Shown: positions 28,810 through 39,436, numbered from the stretch's first letter. The stretch: 64,000 nucleotides of DNA from an uncultured delta proteobacterium (GCA_963850305.1 CAWKKR010000008.1:1024001-1088000), one strand, 5' to 3'. Notes: generated from the letters alone by a model not told the origin. Made by a program: numbers and translations.

Positions 28810-30540
28810 TCAGCGCTTGAACAGCTTGCCGAAGATCTGACCGATGTCGCCATCTCGCTTGTTCTTGCCGTCGCTCTTCACACCGCGTGGCGTCGCTCGC
28901 GACGGGTCGGTCGTCGATTTGCCGTTACGCATCTCGTAGAGACGTACCTCGCGCGCCGCTTCGACGTGGCGCGCGTCCTGTTCGACGATCGAACGGTACT
29001 CCTTGTGCGCCCCCGCGGCGTCGCCCGAACGCTTGAGAACTCGCGCCCGATAGTTGCGGACGCGGATGTTCTCCGGCTCGCGCTTGCGGGCTTCGTTGAC
29101 CATCTTCAACACGTCCGCGTAATTCCCCGACTGCTGCCGCTCCGGAGCTTGTGAGAGGAGATCCGCATAGAGCGCCAGATACTCGGCCTGCTCCGGGTCG
29201 CCCTCCACCGCCAGGGCCGCTTGCTTGACGGCCTCGTCGGCGTTGCCGCGGCGCAGCAGCACCTCGGCTTTCTGAAACGACGTTGCCGCGCGCAGCACCT
29301 TCTGGACGACCTCCTGATCATCCGAAGAGGCGCTACCTTCGCGCATCAATCGGTCGTACTCCTGACGCTGCTCGTCGTTCGACAGGACCTGGTGAGCCTC
29401 CGACATGCGCGCAAAAACCCTGATCGACAGGTCACGAAGATCGGAGAGCTCGCCGGGGAATCGATCCGGGTGCCATCGCTTCGCGAGCTGGAAAAACACC
29501 GACTGAACCACGGTACTCGGCGCGCCCGGATCGATGCCCAGGATCTGGTAATAGTTCTGGGCGCCCATCGTCTGGTTTCGTTCCTGAATCTCTTTGCGGA
29601 ATGCCTCCAGGCCTTCGGTTTGCCGGGTGGATGCCAGCAGCGCCGCCTCCGGAGGACGCGGCACGGTTGCTTTGAGTGCCGTCCCCGCCGTCGGCTGCGC
29701 GGGCGACGGCACGTTCGCGGCCGGTGCCGGCGGATTCACCGCCGCCACCGCGGGCGCGGGCGCAACCTCCGGTCCCGCGACACCGCCGATCCCGACCGGC
29801 GTGGCGCCCCCGAGATCGAGGTGCCGCGTCACGACCAGCGCGTAGAGGATCTTCTTCGTCTGCAGCTCCGGCAACAGCTCGGAGGCCACGAGCTTCGGCA
29901 CCGACTGCGGCTTGGCGCGCAGCAAGTCCACGACGCCGCGCTCGCGGGCAGTGAATCCAAATCGTGCCACGCGCGAGTGCAGATGCAGGCGAACGTCACG
30001 GTCACCCAGCCGCGACAGGGTCGCGTTCACCTGGGCAGGGTCCGAGCTGAGCCTCACGGTTCGCCAGATCACCGCGAGCGGATCGATGACGCGAGCCTCG
30101 GCGCCACCGTAGCCCTTCAGGAAATCCTGGCCGTCGTAGTATCCATATAAACTCTCCGGACGCAGCGAGCAGAGCCACTCCACCTTGCGCGCCACCTGTT
30201 CGGCAAGCGCCTCCGTCACCACGTCCCTCTCGACGAAGCCTTCCTCGACGAGAACGTCCCCGTGCAGGCGTCTGGCGCCCTCTGCGGTCTGCCAGGTAGC
30301 AGCGGCGACCGCGGCATCGATCGCGCCCATACCGACGAGAATCTCCGAGAGAAGGGCCGCCGGCTCCGGCAGCTTCACCTTGACGGGCGCGCCGACGACC
30401 AAGCGGATAGCGCTCTTCAGATTCCGGTGATCTTCGATCACCAGCGTCCCGGTGAGCTCGCGATCCAGAGCGTAGACGAGCAGGTTGAGAACCGGCGTTC
30501 CCCCCAGCGTGCCGGTCGCCTGCGGCTGTTGAGCCACCAT
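28810..30540 (-). CDS. DUF4388-like, J-domain and TPR protein
   Basis: 'LTGTLVIE' DUF4388-like start; NYYQILG...LAKRWHPD J-domain; TPR tail. Confidence 0.88.
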   Translation of the reverse strand: MVAQQPQATGTLGGTPVLNLLVYALDRELTGTLVIEDHRNLKSAIRLVVGAPVKVKLPEPAALLSEILVGMGAIDAAVAAATWQTAEGARRLHGDVLVEEGFVERDVVTEALAEQVARKVEWLCSLRPESLYGYYDGQDFLKGYGGAEARVIDPLAVIWRTVRLSSDPAQVNATLSRLGDRDVRLHLHSRVARFGFTARERGVVDLLRAKPQSVPKLVASELLPELQTKKILYALVVTRHLDLGGATPVGIGGVAGPEVAPAPAVAAVNPPAPAANVPSPAQPTAGTALKATVPRPPEAALLASTRQTEGLEAFRKEIQERNQTMGAQNYYQILGIDPGAPSTVVQSVFFQLAKRWHPDRFPGELSDLRDLSIRVFARMSEAHQVLSNDEQRQEYDRLMREGSASSDDQEVVQKVLRAATSFQKAEVLLRRGNADEAVKQAALAVEGDPEQAEYLALYADLLSQAPERQQSGNYADVLKMVNEARKREPENIRVRNYRARVLKRSGDAAGAHKEYRSIVEQDARHVEAAREVRLYEMRNGKSTTDPSRATPRGVKSDGKNKRDGDIGQIFGKLFKR

Positions 30541-30592
30541 GAGAGTCTCGCGAGCGTAGCAGAGCCCAGGATCGGTGGTACCGTGTTCGTGG

Positions 30593-31978
30593 ATGCAACG
30601 CGCGCCCCGCGGCCACCTTCTCGTCGTGGACGACGAGACGGCCATCCTGAACACGCTCAAGAAAGCCCTCTCGCTCGACGGTTACGACGTCGACGTGGCG
30701 GGCGGCGTCCGCCTCGCAGAAGAACGGATCCGTAGGGGGAACTACGACATCGTATTACTCGACGTTGCTCTCCCCGACGGCGACGGCGTGGAGCTACTCG
30801 ATCGTCTTCGGAAAAGCGGTAACGACGTCGCTGCGCTCATGATGAGCGGCCACGGAACCGTGGAGGCCGCCGTCCGGGCGACGAAGCTCGGCGCGCTTGA
30901 CTTCCTCGAGAAGCCCGTCTCGACCGATCGGCTTCTCCTCATCGTGGACAACGCCCTCCGCTTGCTCCGGGCCGAAGCGGAGGCCGCGTCCCTCAAACAG
31001 GCCGCGGGCTACTTCGACGAGCTTCTCGGCGAGAGCCCGGCGATGCGAGCCCTGCGCGACCAAGTCGTGCGTGCCGCGAAGTCCTCGGCCACCGTGCTGG
31101 TCACGGGGGAGCGAGGCACGGGCAAGGAACTCGTCGCGCGCGCCGTGCACCGCGCGTCGCCGCGAAGCCGAGGTCCGCTGGAAAAACTGAACTGCGCCGC
31201 CGTCCCCGCGGACCTCATCGAGAGCGAGTTGTTCGGACACGAACCGGGCGCCTTCACGGGTGCGACGAAGCTGCGTCGCGGAAAGTTCGAGCGCGCCACC
31301 GGGGGCACACTCTTTCTCGACGAGGTAGGCGACATGCCGCTGGCGATGCAGGCGAAGCTGCTCCGCGTCCTCCAGGAGTCGGAGGTGGAGCGCGTCGGCG
31401 GTAGCGACACCCTGAAAGTGGACGTGCGCGTCGTCGCCGCGACCAACAAGGATCTTCCGGAGGCGTGCAAGGCCGGCCAGTTCCGCGCCGACCTCTACGA
31501 CAGGCTGAACGTGCTCCCGCTCTCGCTGCCGCCGCTCCGCGCCCGGCGCGGCGACATCGCGCCGCTCGCACATGCGTTCGTTGCTCTCGCCGGCAAGGCC
31601 AACGACCGGCCCGCCATGCGGCTCACCGACGAGGCGGTCGCGAACCTCGAGCGTCAGAATTTCCCCGGCAACGTGCGCGAGCTGAAAAATCTCGTCGAGC
31701 GTCTCGTCATCCTGTCGCCTGCGGAGTCCATCACGGGACGCGACGTCGAGAAGGCGCTCGGCATGGGTGCGTCGCTCGACCACGCGGGGATCTATCGACC
31801 CGGCACACCGCTCCGCGTGCTCATGGAAGAAGCGGAACGCGCGATCATCGACGAGGCTCTGACGCATCACGGAGGCCAGATGACGGCCACCGCGCGCGCC
31901 CTCGATCTCGAACGCAGCCATCTCTACAAGAAAGCGCGCGCCCTCGGCCTCCGTGGGACCGGCTCGTCCGAAGACTGA
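30593..31978 (+). CDS. Sigma54-dependent response regulator (NtrC/NtrX family)
   Basis: REC (VVDD, LLD, EKP); GERGTGKE, GAFTGA, FLDE, PGNVREL; C-terminal HTH. Confidence 0.97.
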   Translation: MQRAPRGHLLVVDDETAILNTLKKALSLDGYDVDVAGGVRLAEERIRRGNYDIVLLDVALPDGDGVELLDRLRKSGNDVAALMMSGHGTVEAAVRATKLGALDFLEKPVSTDRLLLIVDNALRLLRAEAEAASLKQAAGYFDELLGESPAMRALRDQVVRAAKSSATVLVTGERGTGKELVARAVHRASPRSRGPLEKLNCAAVPADLIESELFGHEPGAFTGATKLRRGKFERATGGTLFLDEVGDMPLAMQAKLLRVLQESEVERVGGSDTLKVDVRVVAATNKDLPEACKAGQFRADLYDRLNVLPLSLPPLRARRGDIAPLAHAFVALAGKANDRPAMRLTDEAVANLERQNFPGNVRELKNLVERLVILSPAESITGRDVEKALGMGASLDHAGIYRPGTPLRVLMEEAERAIIDEALTHHGGQMTATARALDLERSHLYKKARALGLRGTGSSED

Positions 31979-31984
31979 AGCGAT

Positions 31985-34804
31985 TTAGATTGGGCCGGTG
32001 CGACTTTGTCGAACGAGCTCCTCGACGGTCTTGCGCTCCGTTGCCGCAGCCGTTCGGTCGCCGCTCTGCTCGAGCATCTCCGCAAGACGCCGGTGCGCGT
32101 TCTCGAGCTCGGCGGGCGTGCCCGTTCCGAGAATGGCGCTCTCGAATTCGTAGAGCGCCTGCTTTCGTGCGCCCGTCGCCAGCAGCGCCTCACCGTAGAG
32201 GCGATGCGTCTCCGCGCTTTCCATGTCCACGTAGATGGCCGCCTCACCGACCCGCCGCGCCTCTTCGGCATCCTTCCGGGCGAGCAGCAGCGTCATGAGA
32301 CGGCGGTAAGAATCGCCATCGTTCTCCTCCAGCAGCACGAGCTGGCGAAGCGCTGCTATCTCCGCGTCGGGGTCCTTGTCGGACAGCTCCGCGATCTGCC
32401 TGAGCGGCGCAGCCTGGGACGGATCGAAAGTGTGCGCCGCTCGTAGCGCCGCGAGCTGCGGAGCGCCGTCGGTGACCTCCGATAGCGCCATGCGCACCGC
32501 GTAGCCATCGTGGCCCGCCGCGATGAGCGCGTCGACCGCCTTGACCGCTCCGGCGTGGTCGTTCGACGTCTTCGCGAGCTGCACGCGCAGCCAGAGCGCG
32601 AGCCCATTCTTCGCGTCGAGTCCGAGGGCCCGATCGACGGCGTCCCTTGCCTTCTTCTCGGCGCCGACGCCCATCCACGCCAGCGCGAGCGTCGCCTGCT
32701 TCGTCGCGTCCTTGGGAGCGAGCGCTGCTGCTTTGGTCGCCGAGTCCAGATCCGGCGGCCGCGTCGGTGGCGCAAACTGCCCCTTGTAGAGCGCGAGCCG
32801 CGCCGAGATGACGTCGCGGAACTCGCGGTCGACGTCCTCCGCGGAGACCCCGAGCGCCTCCTTCACGACATCCGGCGTCCGGCGCCCCTCTCCCCACAGC
32901 TCGAGCATCTGGCGGATCTTCGGCATCCCCCAGCGATCGGCGATGAATGCGACAATCTGAGTGGACGCATAATACGCGGTCGCCATGTCCTGCATGTCCT
33001 CGGCATGAGAGAACGCGCGGTTCATGTCCGCAACCTGGGGCAGCTGGCCGTCGATGAGCGCTTGATAGAGATCGGGATCGTATTCGCGCCGCCACTCGGG
33101 ACGCTCGACCAGCGTCTCGTACTCGGCGAGCCCTTCGGTGAACCAGCGGGGCACGTGATTCTTGGAGAGCTGCAGATGGAAGACGTGCGCCAGCTCGTGC
33201 CAGAGCGTCATTCCGATGTTGAATCGCTCGTCGCGCGGGCTCATCGCTGCCAGCGTTCGACCGAAGCAGACACCTTGAATGAACGTCTGCGGCAACCCAC
33301 TCGCCCGCACTGCGAACTGCTCGCGCACCGGGTACAGCTCGATCCCGATGGGCGTCGTGGGGACGAAGTCGTACTTCTTGGTGAACTTCGCCCACGCGCG
33401 ATCGAGCATGGCCGGCAGATACCGGTCCAGGATCGGCCGTTCGTCCTTGCTGTAGCGGATGGTGAACCGCCCGCGGGTCACGGTCTCGTAGGACTTCGGG
33501 ATCTCCTTTTCGTAGAGGTTCAGCGTGTTGTAAACGCGGACGTTGAAGGGGTCCGCGCCGAAGGCGCGCTCGAGCGAGGCCACGCCCTCGCGTTCGTCCC
33601 CGGCGCGGATCAAATTGAAGCCGAGCTGCGCGCGGACCTTCGCGTCCTCCGGGTCGGCGAGCAACGCCTCGCGCATCATCGTCACGATGTCGTCGTAGCG
33701 ATGCTCCCACTCCGCATATTCACCGACGATCTCGTAGAGACGCGAGTACCGCGGGTTTTTCGAAAGAACGTCGGTCTTGGCGCGCGCGAAGCCCGGCGCG
33801 TCGTCGGCCAGGAAGCGAATCGCAGCGCGGAGGCTCAACAGATCGAGATCCCGCGGCGTCCTCGCGAGCCCCTCGTTCACCCAGCCGTCGGCCTGGACGA
33901 AATTCATGTCGCGCAGGGCCACGCCACCGAGAACGAAGTGCGCGACCGCGAGCGACGGGTTCACGTCGAGGGCCGCCTTCGCCAGCGCTTCCGCGGCGTC
34001 GAAGTCGAGGTTGGACGCGAGCTTCACCTCGGCCATCCGCGCCAGTGCTTCCGGCTGGCGCGGCGCCTTCGCGAGCACCTCCCCGACGACTTCTTCGGCG
34101 TGCCCCGGATCGTAGCTGTCCAGAAAGAGCTCCGCGCGCCAGAGCAGCGTCTCGGCGTCGGCCGGTCCAGCGCGCTCCGACTCGTTGAAGGCGTCGTTTG
34201 CGTCCTGGGCGCTGCCGAGGAGGTAAGCAGCGCGACCCACGAGGGCGAGCGACCGGGGATCCTTGAACCCGTCGCCGTTGTATTGGTTGATGAGCGTCAT
34301 CAGAACGGGTTCCGCATCGCTCCTCTTGCCCTGCGCGAGCAGCACTTCCCCGAGCAGCACCCGCACCTCGCGTGCCGCGGGGTCACCGGCCGCGCCCGAA
34401 AGGAGTCGTTCCGCGTCCTCGACCTTGCCGAGCGCCATGAGCGCCTTGCCGCGCACACAGATCAGCGCGAACCGGATCTTCGGTGGGGCGCCGGCCGCAT
34501 CCGTCGCGGTGCTCTCCGCGAGCGCGTAGCGTCCCGTCTCGAGCAACACCTTCGCGAGGCCCAGCCGCGCCGAAGGAACGGACGGCGACACCAGAGCGCG
34601 AAAACCCGCCTCGGCCTCGGCGTAGCGACTCGTGTCGTAGTCAGCCCACGCTCGGTCGAGCGGGCTCTCGGTCGGGCGCACGGACGCTGGTTTCGGCGCG
34701 GACGTCGCAACCCGAGGGCGTGCGGACGGCACCGCGCGGGTCGCACATCCCGTCGCGGAAAGGAGTCCCAGCGCGACGAGCTGGAGTGCGCGAGCCTTGA
34801 TCAT
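31985..34804 (-). CDS. TPR lipoprotein with a peptidase MA-like zincin domain
   Basis: Lipobox ATGC after ATG 34804; many TPRs; HELAH...PRWFTEGLAE. Confidence 0.88.
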   Translation of the reverse strand: MIKARALQLVALGLLSATGCATRAVPSARPRVATSAPKPASVRPTESPLDRAWADYDTSRYAEAEAGFRALVSPSVPSARLGLAKVLLETGRYALAESTATDAAGAPPKIRFALICVRGKALMALGKVEDAERLLSGAAGDPAAREVRVLLGEVLLAQGKRSDAEPVLMTLINQYNGDGFKDPRSLALVGRAAYLLGSAQDANDAFNESERAGPADAETLLWRAELFLDSYDPGHAEEVVGEVLAKAPRQPEALARMAEVKLASNLDFDAAEALAKAALDVNPSLAVAHFVLGGVALRDMNFVQADGWVNEGLARTPRDLDLLSLRAAIRFLADDAPGFARAKTDVLSKNPRYSRLYEIVGEYAEWEHRYDDIVTMMREALLADPEDAKVRAQLGFNLIRAGDEREGVASLERAFGADPFNVRVYNTLNLYEKEIPKSYETVTRGRFTIRYSKDERPILDRYLPAMLDRAWAKFTKKYDFVPTTPIGIELYPVREQFAVRASGLPQTFIQGVCFGRTLAAMSPRDERFNIGMTLWHELAHVFHLQLSKNHVPRWFTEGLAEYETLVERPEWRREYDPDLYQALIDGQLPQVADMNRAFSHAEDMQDMATAYYASTQIVAFIADRWGMPKIRQMLELWGEGRRTPDVVKEALGVSAEDVDREFRDVISARLALYKGQFAPPTRPPDLDSATKAAALAPKDATKQATLALAWMGVGAEKKARDAVDRALGLDAKNGLALWLRVQLAKTSNDHAGAVKAVDALIAAGHDGYAVRMALSEVTDGAPQLAALRAAHTFDPSQAAPLRQIAELSDKDPDAEIAALRQLVLLEENDGDSYRRLMTLLLARKDAEEARRVGEAAIYVDMESAETHRLYGEALLATGARKQALYEFESAILGTGTPAELENAHRRLAEMLEQSGDRTAAATERKTVEELVRQSRTGPI

Positions 34805-34982
34805 TCCGCCTAGAATGACGGAGCTCCAGTCGATGCGCCACCCCGAGACCCCAGGGCGAGACTCATGGCGTGCGAGCATGTGGCGGCGTTTGGTCGGGCC
34901 GTCGGGGGGTCGGTCACCGTTTGCTTCCGATCTGCGTGACATCTCGGCGCGGCTCCCGCTCGAGCCGTCGCGGACGCGCCCA

Positions 34983-35297
34983 TCCTGAGCGAGGACGTGT
35001 ACGTCCTGAGCGAGGACGTGTACGTCCTGAGCGAGGACGTGTACGTCCTGAGCGAGGACGCGTACGTCCTGAGCGAGGATGCGTGCGTCCTGAGCGAGGA
35101 CGTGTACGTCCTGAGCGAGGACGTGTACGTCCTGAGCGAGGACGTGTACGTCCTGAGCGAGGACGCGTACGTCCTGAGCGAGGACGCGTACGTCCTGAGC
35201 GAGGATGCGTGCGTCCTGAGCGAGGACGCGTCCGTCCTGAGCGAGGACGTGTCCGTCCTGAGCGAGGACGCGTCCGTCCTGAGCGAGGACGCGTCCG
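34983..35297. repeat. Tandem array of 15 x 21 bp (TCCTGAGCGAGGAC/T-GYGTNC-G), with degenerate units continuing to about 35400
   Basis: Units counted directly from the sequence; each contains the inverted repeat GTCCT-GAGCG-AGGAC. Confidence 0.97.
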
Positions 35298-35488
35298 TCC
35301 TCGCCGAGATCATGCACGTCCTCGGCGACATCATCGCCGATCGCGACGGGATCGTTCGTGATTCGAGCGCGATCGTTCGCGATCGCGTGGCGGGCACCGC
35401 GGATGACGTGCACGCGTACGACGAGTACGTCGGATTGGCCCGCGCGGTCGCGAACAACCGAGGTGCAGCAGTCCACACGCGCCGCGGT

Positions 35489-35782
35489 TCATCCGGAGCT
35501 CGCGGGCTCGTCGCGCCATCGGTTCAGGCGTCGCGGCCATGTTGCACCCGTCTTCGACGAGCGCCAGGCGGTGCGCAGCATGGCCCTTGCGTAGTCGAGC
35601 AACCACTCAGGAGCGCCGTCACCCTGGAGTGACACGACGCCATCCGCGAGCAGCACGGAGGCGCGTAACGGCCATCTCCCGGAAGGGGCAATGCTCTCGC
35701 CGACATACTCGATCCGATCGGGCAAGGGGCGCTCGAGCCGTAAGGTGATTCTGCCGCCCTGCGTGGCCGCCATCGATGTCAC
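35489..35782 (-). CDS. Small hypothetical protein
   Basis: 97-aa ORF with 'APEWL...WPRRLNRWR'; start 35782 or 35773. Confidence 0.6.
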   Translation of the reverse strand: MTSMAATQGGRITLRLERPLPDRIEYVGESIAPSGRWPLRASVLLADGVVSLQGDGAPEWLLDYARAMLRTAWRSSKTGATWPRRLNRWRDEPASSG

Positions 35783-35855
35783 TCACGATACCCCGAGCGC
35801 CGATGGGGGAAAACCCGAGCTTGCGGGTCACGACGTCGCGTGATGACCTGGCCGG

Positions 35856-36299
35856 GTGCCCTACGTCGTGTTCGCGCAAGTGGACGAGCTGCCCCTCGCG
35901 GCGTTGCTCGCGAACGCACGCCGGCACTTCGAGCTGTCCGTCGAGGTCCTGTCGCGCGACGAGGCGTCGCGGTCGAGCGCGCTGTCGATCACCCATGGAG
36001 CGACGACCGGCACTTTCTCCGTCGCCGTGCGGCCGAACACCGCGGAGGCGATCGTCTCTGCGCGCGCTGCCGAGCAGCGAGGACGCGCAGGAGGAATGGG
36101 CGACCTCGCCGCTCGCTGCCGGGCGGTGTGGACCGTGACCTCGGACGCGGCAGCGCCGGAATGGCTCACACTCGAGCTCACCGCGCTCCTGGCATCCGTC
36201 GCCCTCGGCCCGATCTTGCCGCCCGATCGCTCGACGCTGTTCGGCGTTCGCGGAGCGCGCGAACGCGCTGCGCTTCGCAGGGGCGAACCGCACGCCTGA
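35856..36299 (+). CDS. Hypothetical protein (147 aa)
   Basis: Protein-like ORF filling the gap before the amidase gene. Confidence 0.65.
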   Translation: MPYVVFAQVDELPLAALLANARRHFELSVEVLSRDEASRSSALSITHGATTGTFSVAVRPNTAEAIVSARAAEQRGRAGGMGDLAARCRAVWTVTSDAAAPEWLTLELTALLASVALGPILPPDRSTLFGVRGARERAALRRGEPHA

Positions 36300-36399
36300 G
36301 CGTCGCGGAAGCCCGTAGATCCAGATCCGCACCAACACCCCTCTCTCCATCCGAGCGTGACGTCGGCACGGCAGGCGCGGTATGGATCGCGTCGTGGGC

Positions 36400-37896
36400 A
36401 TGATCGACTTCGCGGAGTACAGGAAGCACGACGCGGTCGGCCTTGCAGAGCTGGTTCGGCGGGGCGACGTGAGCGCGAGCGAGCTTCTCGAGGCGGCGCT
36501 CGCTCGCGACGCGGAGGTGAATCCTCGCCTCAATGCGGTCGTGATTCCGATGCACGAGATCGGCCGGCGGCGAGCACTCGAAACGCTGTCCGGGCCGTTC
36601 GCGGGCGTGCCGTTCCTCGTGAAGGATCTCGCCCAGGACGTCGCGGGCGTGATGGCCACGTCAGGGTCGAACGCGCTCCGGCGCACGCAATACGTGCCGA
36701 GCGTGAGTTCCGAGATCGTGCGGCGGTGGCTGGCCGCAGGTGTGGTCGTGTTCGGCCGGACCAACACGCCGGAGTTCGGCGCCAAGGGCATCACGGAGCC
36801 CGAAGCGTGGGGCCCGACGAAGAACCCATGGGATCTCACGCGCTCTCCGGGCGGTTCGAGTGGCGGCTCCGCGGCGGCGGTTGCAGCAGGCATCGTCCCG
36901 ATGGCAGGCGCCAGTGACGGAGGCGGCTCCATCCGCATCCCGGCCGCCTCCACGGGGCTCTTCGGGCTGAAGCCCGGCAGAGGACGCACACCCTGCGGTC
37001 CCGGCCTCGGGGAGATGTTGCACGGCGCAGCCATGAATCACGTGCTCACGCGCTCCGTGCGGGACAGCGCGCACATGCTCGACGCTACCATGGGACCCGA
37101 GGTCGGCGGCGCCGTGAGAATCGCGCCCCCCGAGCGACCGTATCGCGACGAAGTCGGACGCGATCCGGGTCGCTTGCGCATCGCGTTCAGCGGGCGATCG
37201 CCGATCGACGCGGAGGTGGATCCGTCGGTGACGGAGGCGCTGAACGACGCGGCCCGCTTGCTCGAAAGCCTCGGGCATCACGTCGAACAGGCGGAGCCGG
37301 ACATCGATGGCGCCCAGCTCGCGCGCGACTTCCTGAGTATCTGGTTTGCCAACCTGGCCGCCTACCTCGACCAGGCGAAGCGGGACCTCGGAGCGACGGA
37401 CCTGGATTTCGAGCTCGATTCCCTCGCGATGGCAGCCGTGGGGCACGCGATGAGCGCGCCCGCGTACGTGGAAGCATATCTGCGCTGGAATCAATACGGC
37501 TATGCGCTCGCGCAATTCTTCGCTCGCCGCGACGTGTACATGACGCCGACCCTGGCTCTCGGTCCGCCGAAGATCGGCGCGCTCGCGACGCCCGCGTGGG
37601 CAAGAACCGGCGTCCGCGCGGGGGTGCGCTTCGGAATGAACCGACTGATCCCGCTCGCCGCGGGCACGATCGAGCGGCTCGCCTTCGAGAACTTGAAGGG
37701 AGTGCCCTTCACCCAGCTCGCGAATCTCACCGGCGTGCCGGCGATGTCGGTTCCGCTGGCCACCTTCCCGGACGGTCTCCCGCTCGGCATTCAATTCCTC
37801 GCTGACCACGGTGGCGAGGGTCGGCTGCTGTCCCTCGCCGCGCAGCTCGAGCGAACCGCTCCCTGGGCGGCCCGTGTCCCCAGGCTGGACGGCTGA
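36400..37896 (+). CDS. Amidase-signature family enzyme
   Basis: GVPFLVKD, GGSSGGSAAAVA, SDGGGSIRIPA. Confidence 0.96.
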   Translation: MIDFAEYRKHDAVGLAELVRRGDVSASELLEAALARDAEVNPRLNAVVIPMHEIGRRRALETLSGPFAGVPFLVKDLAQDVAGVMATSGSNALRRTQYVPSVSSEIVRRWLAAGVVVFGRTNTPEFGAKGITEPEAWGPTKNPWDLTRSPGGSSGGSAAAVAAGIVPMAGASDGGGSIRIPAASTGLFGLKPGRGRTPCGPGLGEMLHGAAMNHVLTRSVRDSAHMLDATMGPEVGGAVRIAPPERPYRDEVGRDPGRLRIAFSGRSPIDAEVDPSVTEALNDAARLLESLGHHVEQAEPDIDGAQLARDFLSIWFANLAAYLDQAKRDLGATDLDFELDSLAMAAVGHAMSAPAYVEAYLRWNQYGYALAQFFARRDVYMTPTLALGPPKIGALATPAWARTGVRAGVRFGMNRLIPLAAGTIERLAFENLKGVPFTQLANLTGVPAMSVPLATFPDGLPLGIQFLADHGGEGRLLSLAAQLERTAPWAARVPRLDG

Positions 37897-37898
37897 AG

Positions 37899-38660
37899 CT
37901 ACTCGATCAAAAGCGTCTCCGGATCGACTCCCGCGGCGGCCAGGGTCGCGGTCTGCATCCGTACGAGTTCCGCGATGCCCTCGAGCCCGAGGTCGACCAT
38001 GGCGTCGACGTCGCGCCGCGGCACCGCTTCACCCTCTGCCGTCCCCTGGATTTCGACGATGTCCCCCTTCGCGGTCGCGACGAGGTTCAGGTCGACTCGC
38101 GCCGTGCTGTCTTCGGCGTAACAGAGATCGAGCGCGAGCTCGCCGTCGACGTGACCGACGCTGACGGCGGCGATCTGATCGCGCAGCACGCGGCGTCCCG
38201 TCTTGCCGAGCTTCTTGGATTCTGCCACCGCGAAAGCCAGCGCCAGCCAGCCGCCCGTGACCGATGCGGTGCGCGTTCCCCCGTCGGCCTCGAGAACGTC
38301 ACAGTCGATCACGATGCTGCGTTCCCCGAGACGATCGAGGTCGACAGCCGCGCGCAACGCACGACCGATGAGCCGCTGGATCTCGCGCGACCGTCCCGAG
38401 AGCGGCCGATCGCGGCCGTCGCGATTCTCGCGTCGCTTCGGATTGGCGCGCGGGTGCATCTGATACTCCGCGGTGATCCAGCCGGTGCCCTTGCCCTTCA
38501 TGAACTCGGGCACGGATTCATCGACCGACGCGGTCACGAGCACGACCGTGCCACCCGCCCGATAGAGGACGCTGCCCTCGGACAATCGGTGGAATCGCGG
38601 CACGATCTCCACCGGACGAACGGCCCGAAGATCGCGGTCCTGGCGCTTGCTCTTTTCCAT
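37899..38660 (-). CDS. rph: Ribonuclease PH
   Basis: GWITAEY, GRSREIQRLIGR, DCDVLEADGGTRTAS, EIQGTAEG. Confidence 0.97.
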   Translation of the reverse strand: MEKSKRQDRDLRAVRPVEIVPRFHRLSEGSVLYRAGGTVVLVTASVDESVPEFMKGKGTGWITAEYQMHPRANPKRRENRDGRDRPLSGRSREIQRLIGRALRAAVDLDRLGERSIVIDCDVLEADGGTRTASVTGGWLALAFAVAESKKLGKTGRRVLRDQIAAVSVGHVDGELALDLCYAEDSTARVDLNLVATAKGDIVEIQGTAEGEAVPRRDVDAMVDLGLEGIAELVRMQTATLAAAGVDPETLLIE

Positions 38661-38737
38661 GAAGCCCGACCTTGCCACGAAAGACACGACGTGTGGTGGT
38701 GCAAGACCGCGGCCCGGCGTGTCACCATTCAACCTCG

Positions 38738-39436
38738 ATGAGCACGCCACGGTCGTTCCGGATTTCGGAGATCTTCGACAGCGTCCAGGGCGAGGGCGTT
38801 TCGGCCGGAGCGCCTGCCGTCTTCCTGAGACTCGCCGCGTGTAACCTGCGGTGTAGCTGGTGCGACACGAAATACACCTGGGACTGGAAAGCCTACGATT
38901 ACGCGACCGAGGTCCGTGAAATGACGGTCACGGACGTCGCGGACCGCGTTGCAGCGAGCGCCGACGCGCGCCTCGTCGTGACGGGCGGGGAACCTCTCTT
39001 GCAGCAATGGGCGCTCGAGGCGCTCTTTTCGGTGCTCGAGCCGGCGCGAGTCATCGAGGTGGAAACGAACGGCACCCTCGTGCCGTCCCACGATCTCGCT
39101 GCACGCGTCGACCAGTGGAACGTATCGCCGAAGCTCGCGAACAGCGGTGAGACGCTCGCGCGACGACGCTCGCTTCCGGCGCTCGCGGCGTTCAAATCCA
39201 CGGGTCGCGCGTGGCTCAAGCTCGTGATCGATGCCGAGACGGACCTCGAAGAGGCGGATGCGCTCGTGAAAGAAACATCCTGGCCGAAGGACCGCGTGCT
39301 CCTGATGCCTCGAGGCGCGTCCCGTATCGAGCTTCACGCACGGCGTGACTTCGTGTCCGCTGCCGCGACGGCGCGGGGGCTTGGTACGTCGCCACGTCTG
39401 CACGTGGAACGCTGGGACGGCCGGCGCGGCGTCTGA
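38738..39436 (+). CDS. queE: 7-carboxy-7-deazaguanine synthase (radical SAM)
   Basis: EIFDSVQGEG, CNLRCSWCDT, TGGEP, ETNG, NVSPK, PRLH. Confidence 0.95.
   Translation: MSTPRSFRISEIFDSVQGEGVSAGAPAVFLRLAACNLRCSWCDTKYTWDWKAYDYATEVREMTVTDVADRVAASADARLVVTGGEPLLQQWALEALFSVLEPARVIEVETNGTLVPSHDLAARVDQWNVSPKLANSGETLARRRSLPALAAFKSTGRAWLKLVIDAETDLEEADALVKETSWPKDRVLLMPRGASRIELHARRDFVSAAATARGLGTSPRLHVERWDGRRGV

Noticed and set aside
32510..34813. Long antisense and alternate-frame ORFs (e.g. 767 aa here, 35619-37034, 25419-26849)
   Set aside because: Shadow ORFs of real genes in high-GC DNA; Arg/Pro-rich with no motifs
34983..35297. CRISPR or guide-RNA array
   Set aside because: The period is only 21 bp, the variable slots are 6 nt and recur among five variants, there are no unique spacers, and no cas or nuclease gene is nearby
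34805..35476. N-terminal extension making the TPR peptidase 1163 aa
   Set aside because: The signal peptide and lipobox follow ATG 34804; the upstream openness is explained by the stop-free repeat
38738..39436. queE as part of a 7-deazaguanine DNA-modification (dpd) island
   Set aside because: No dpdA, folE, queC or queD nearby; the context is housekeeping
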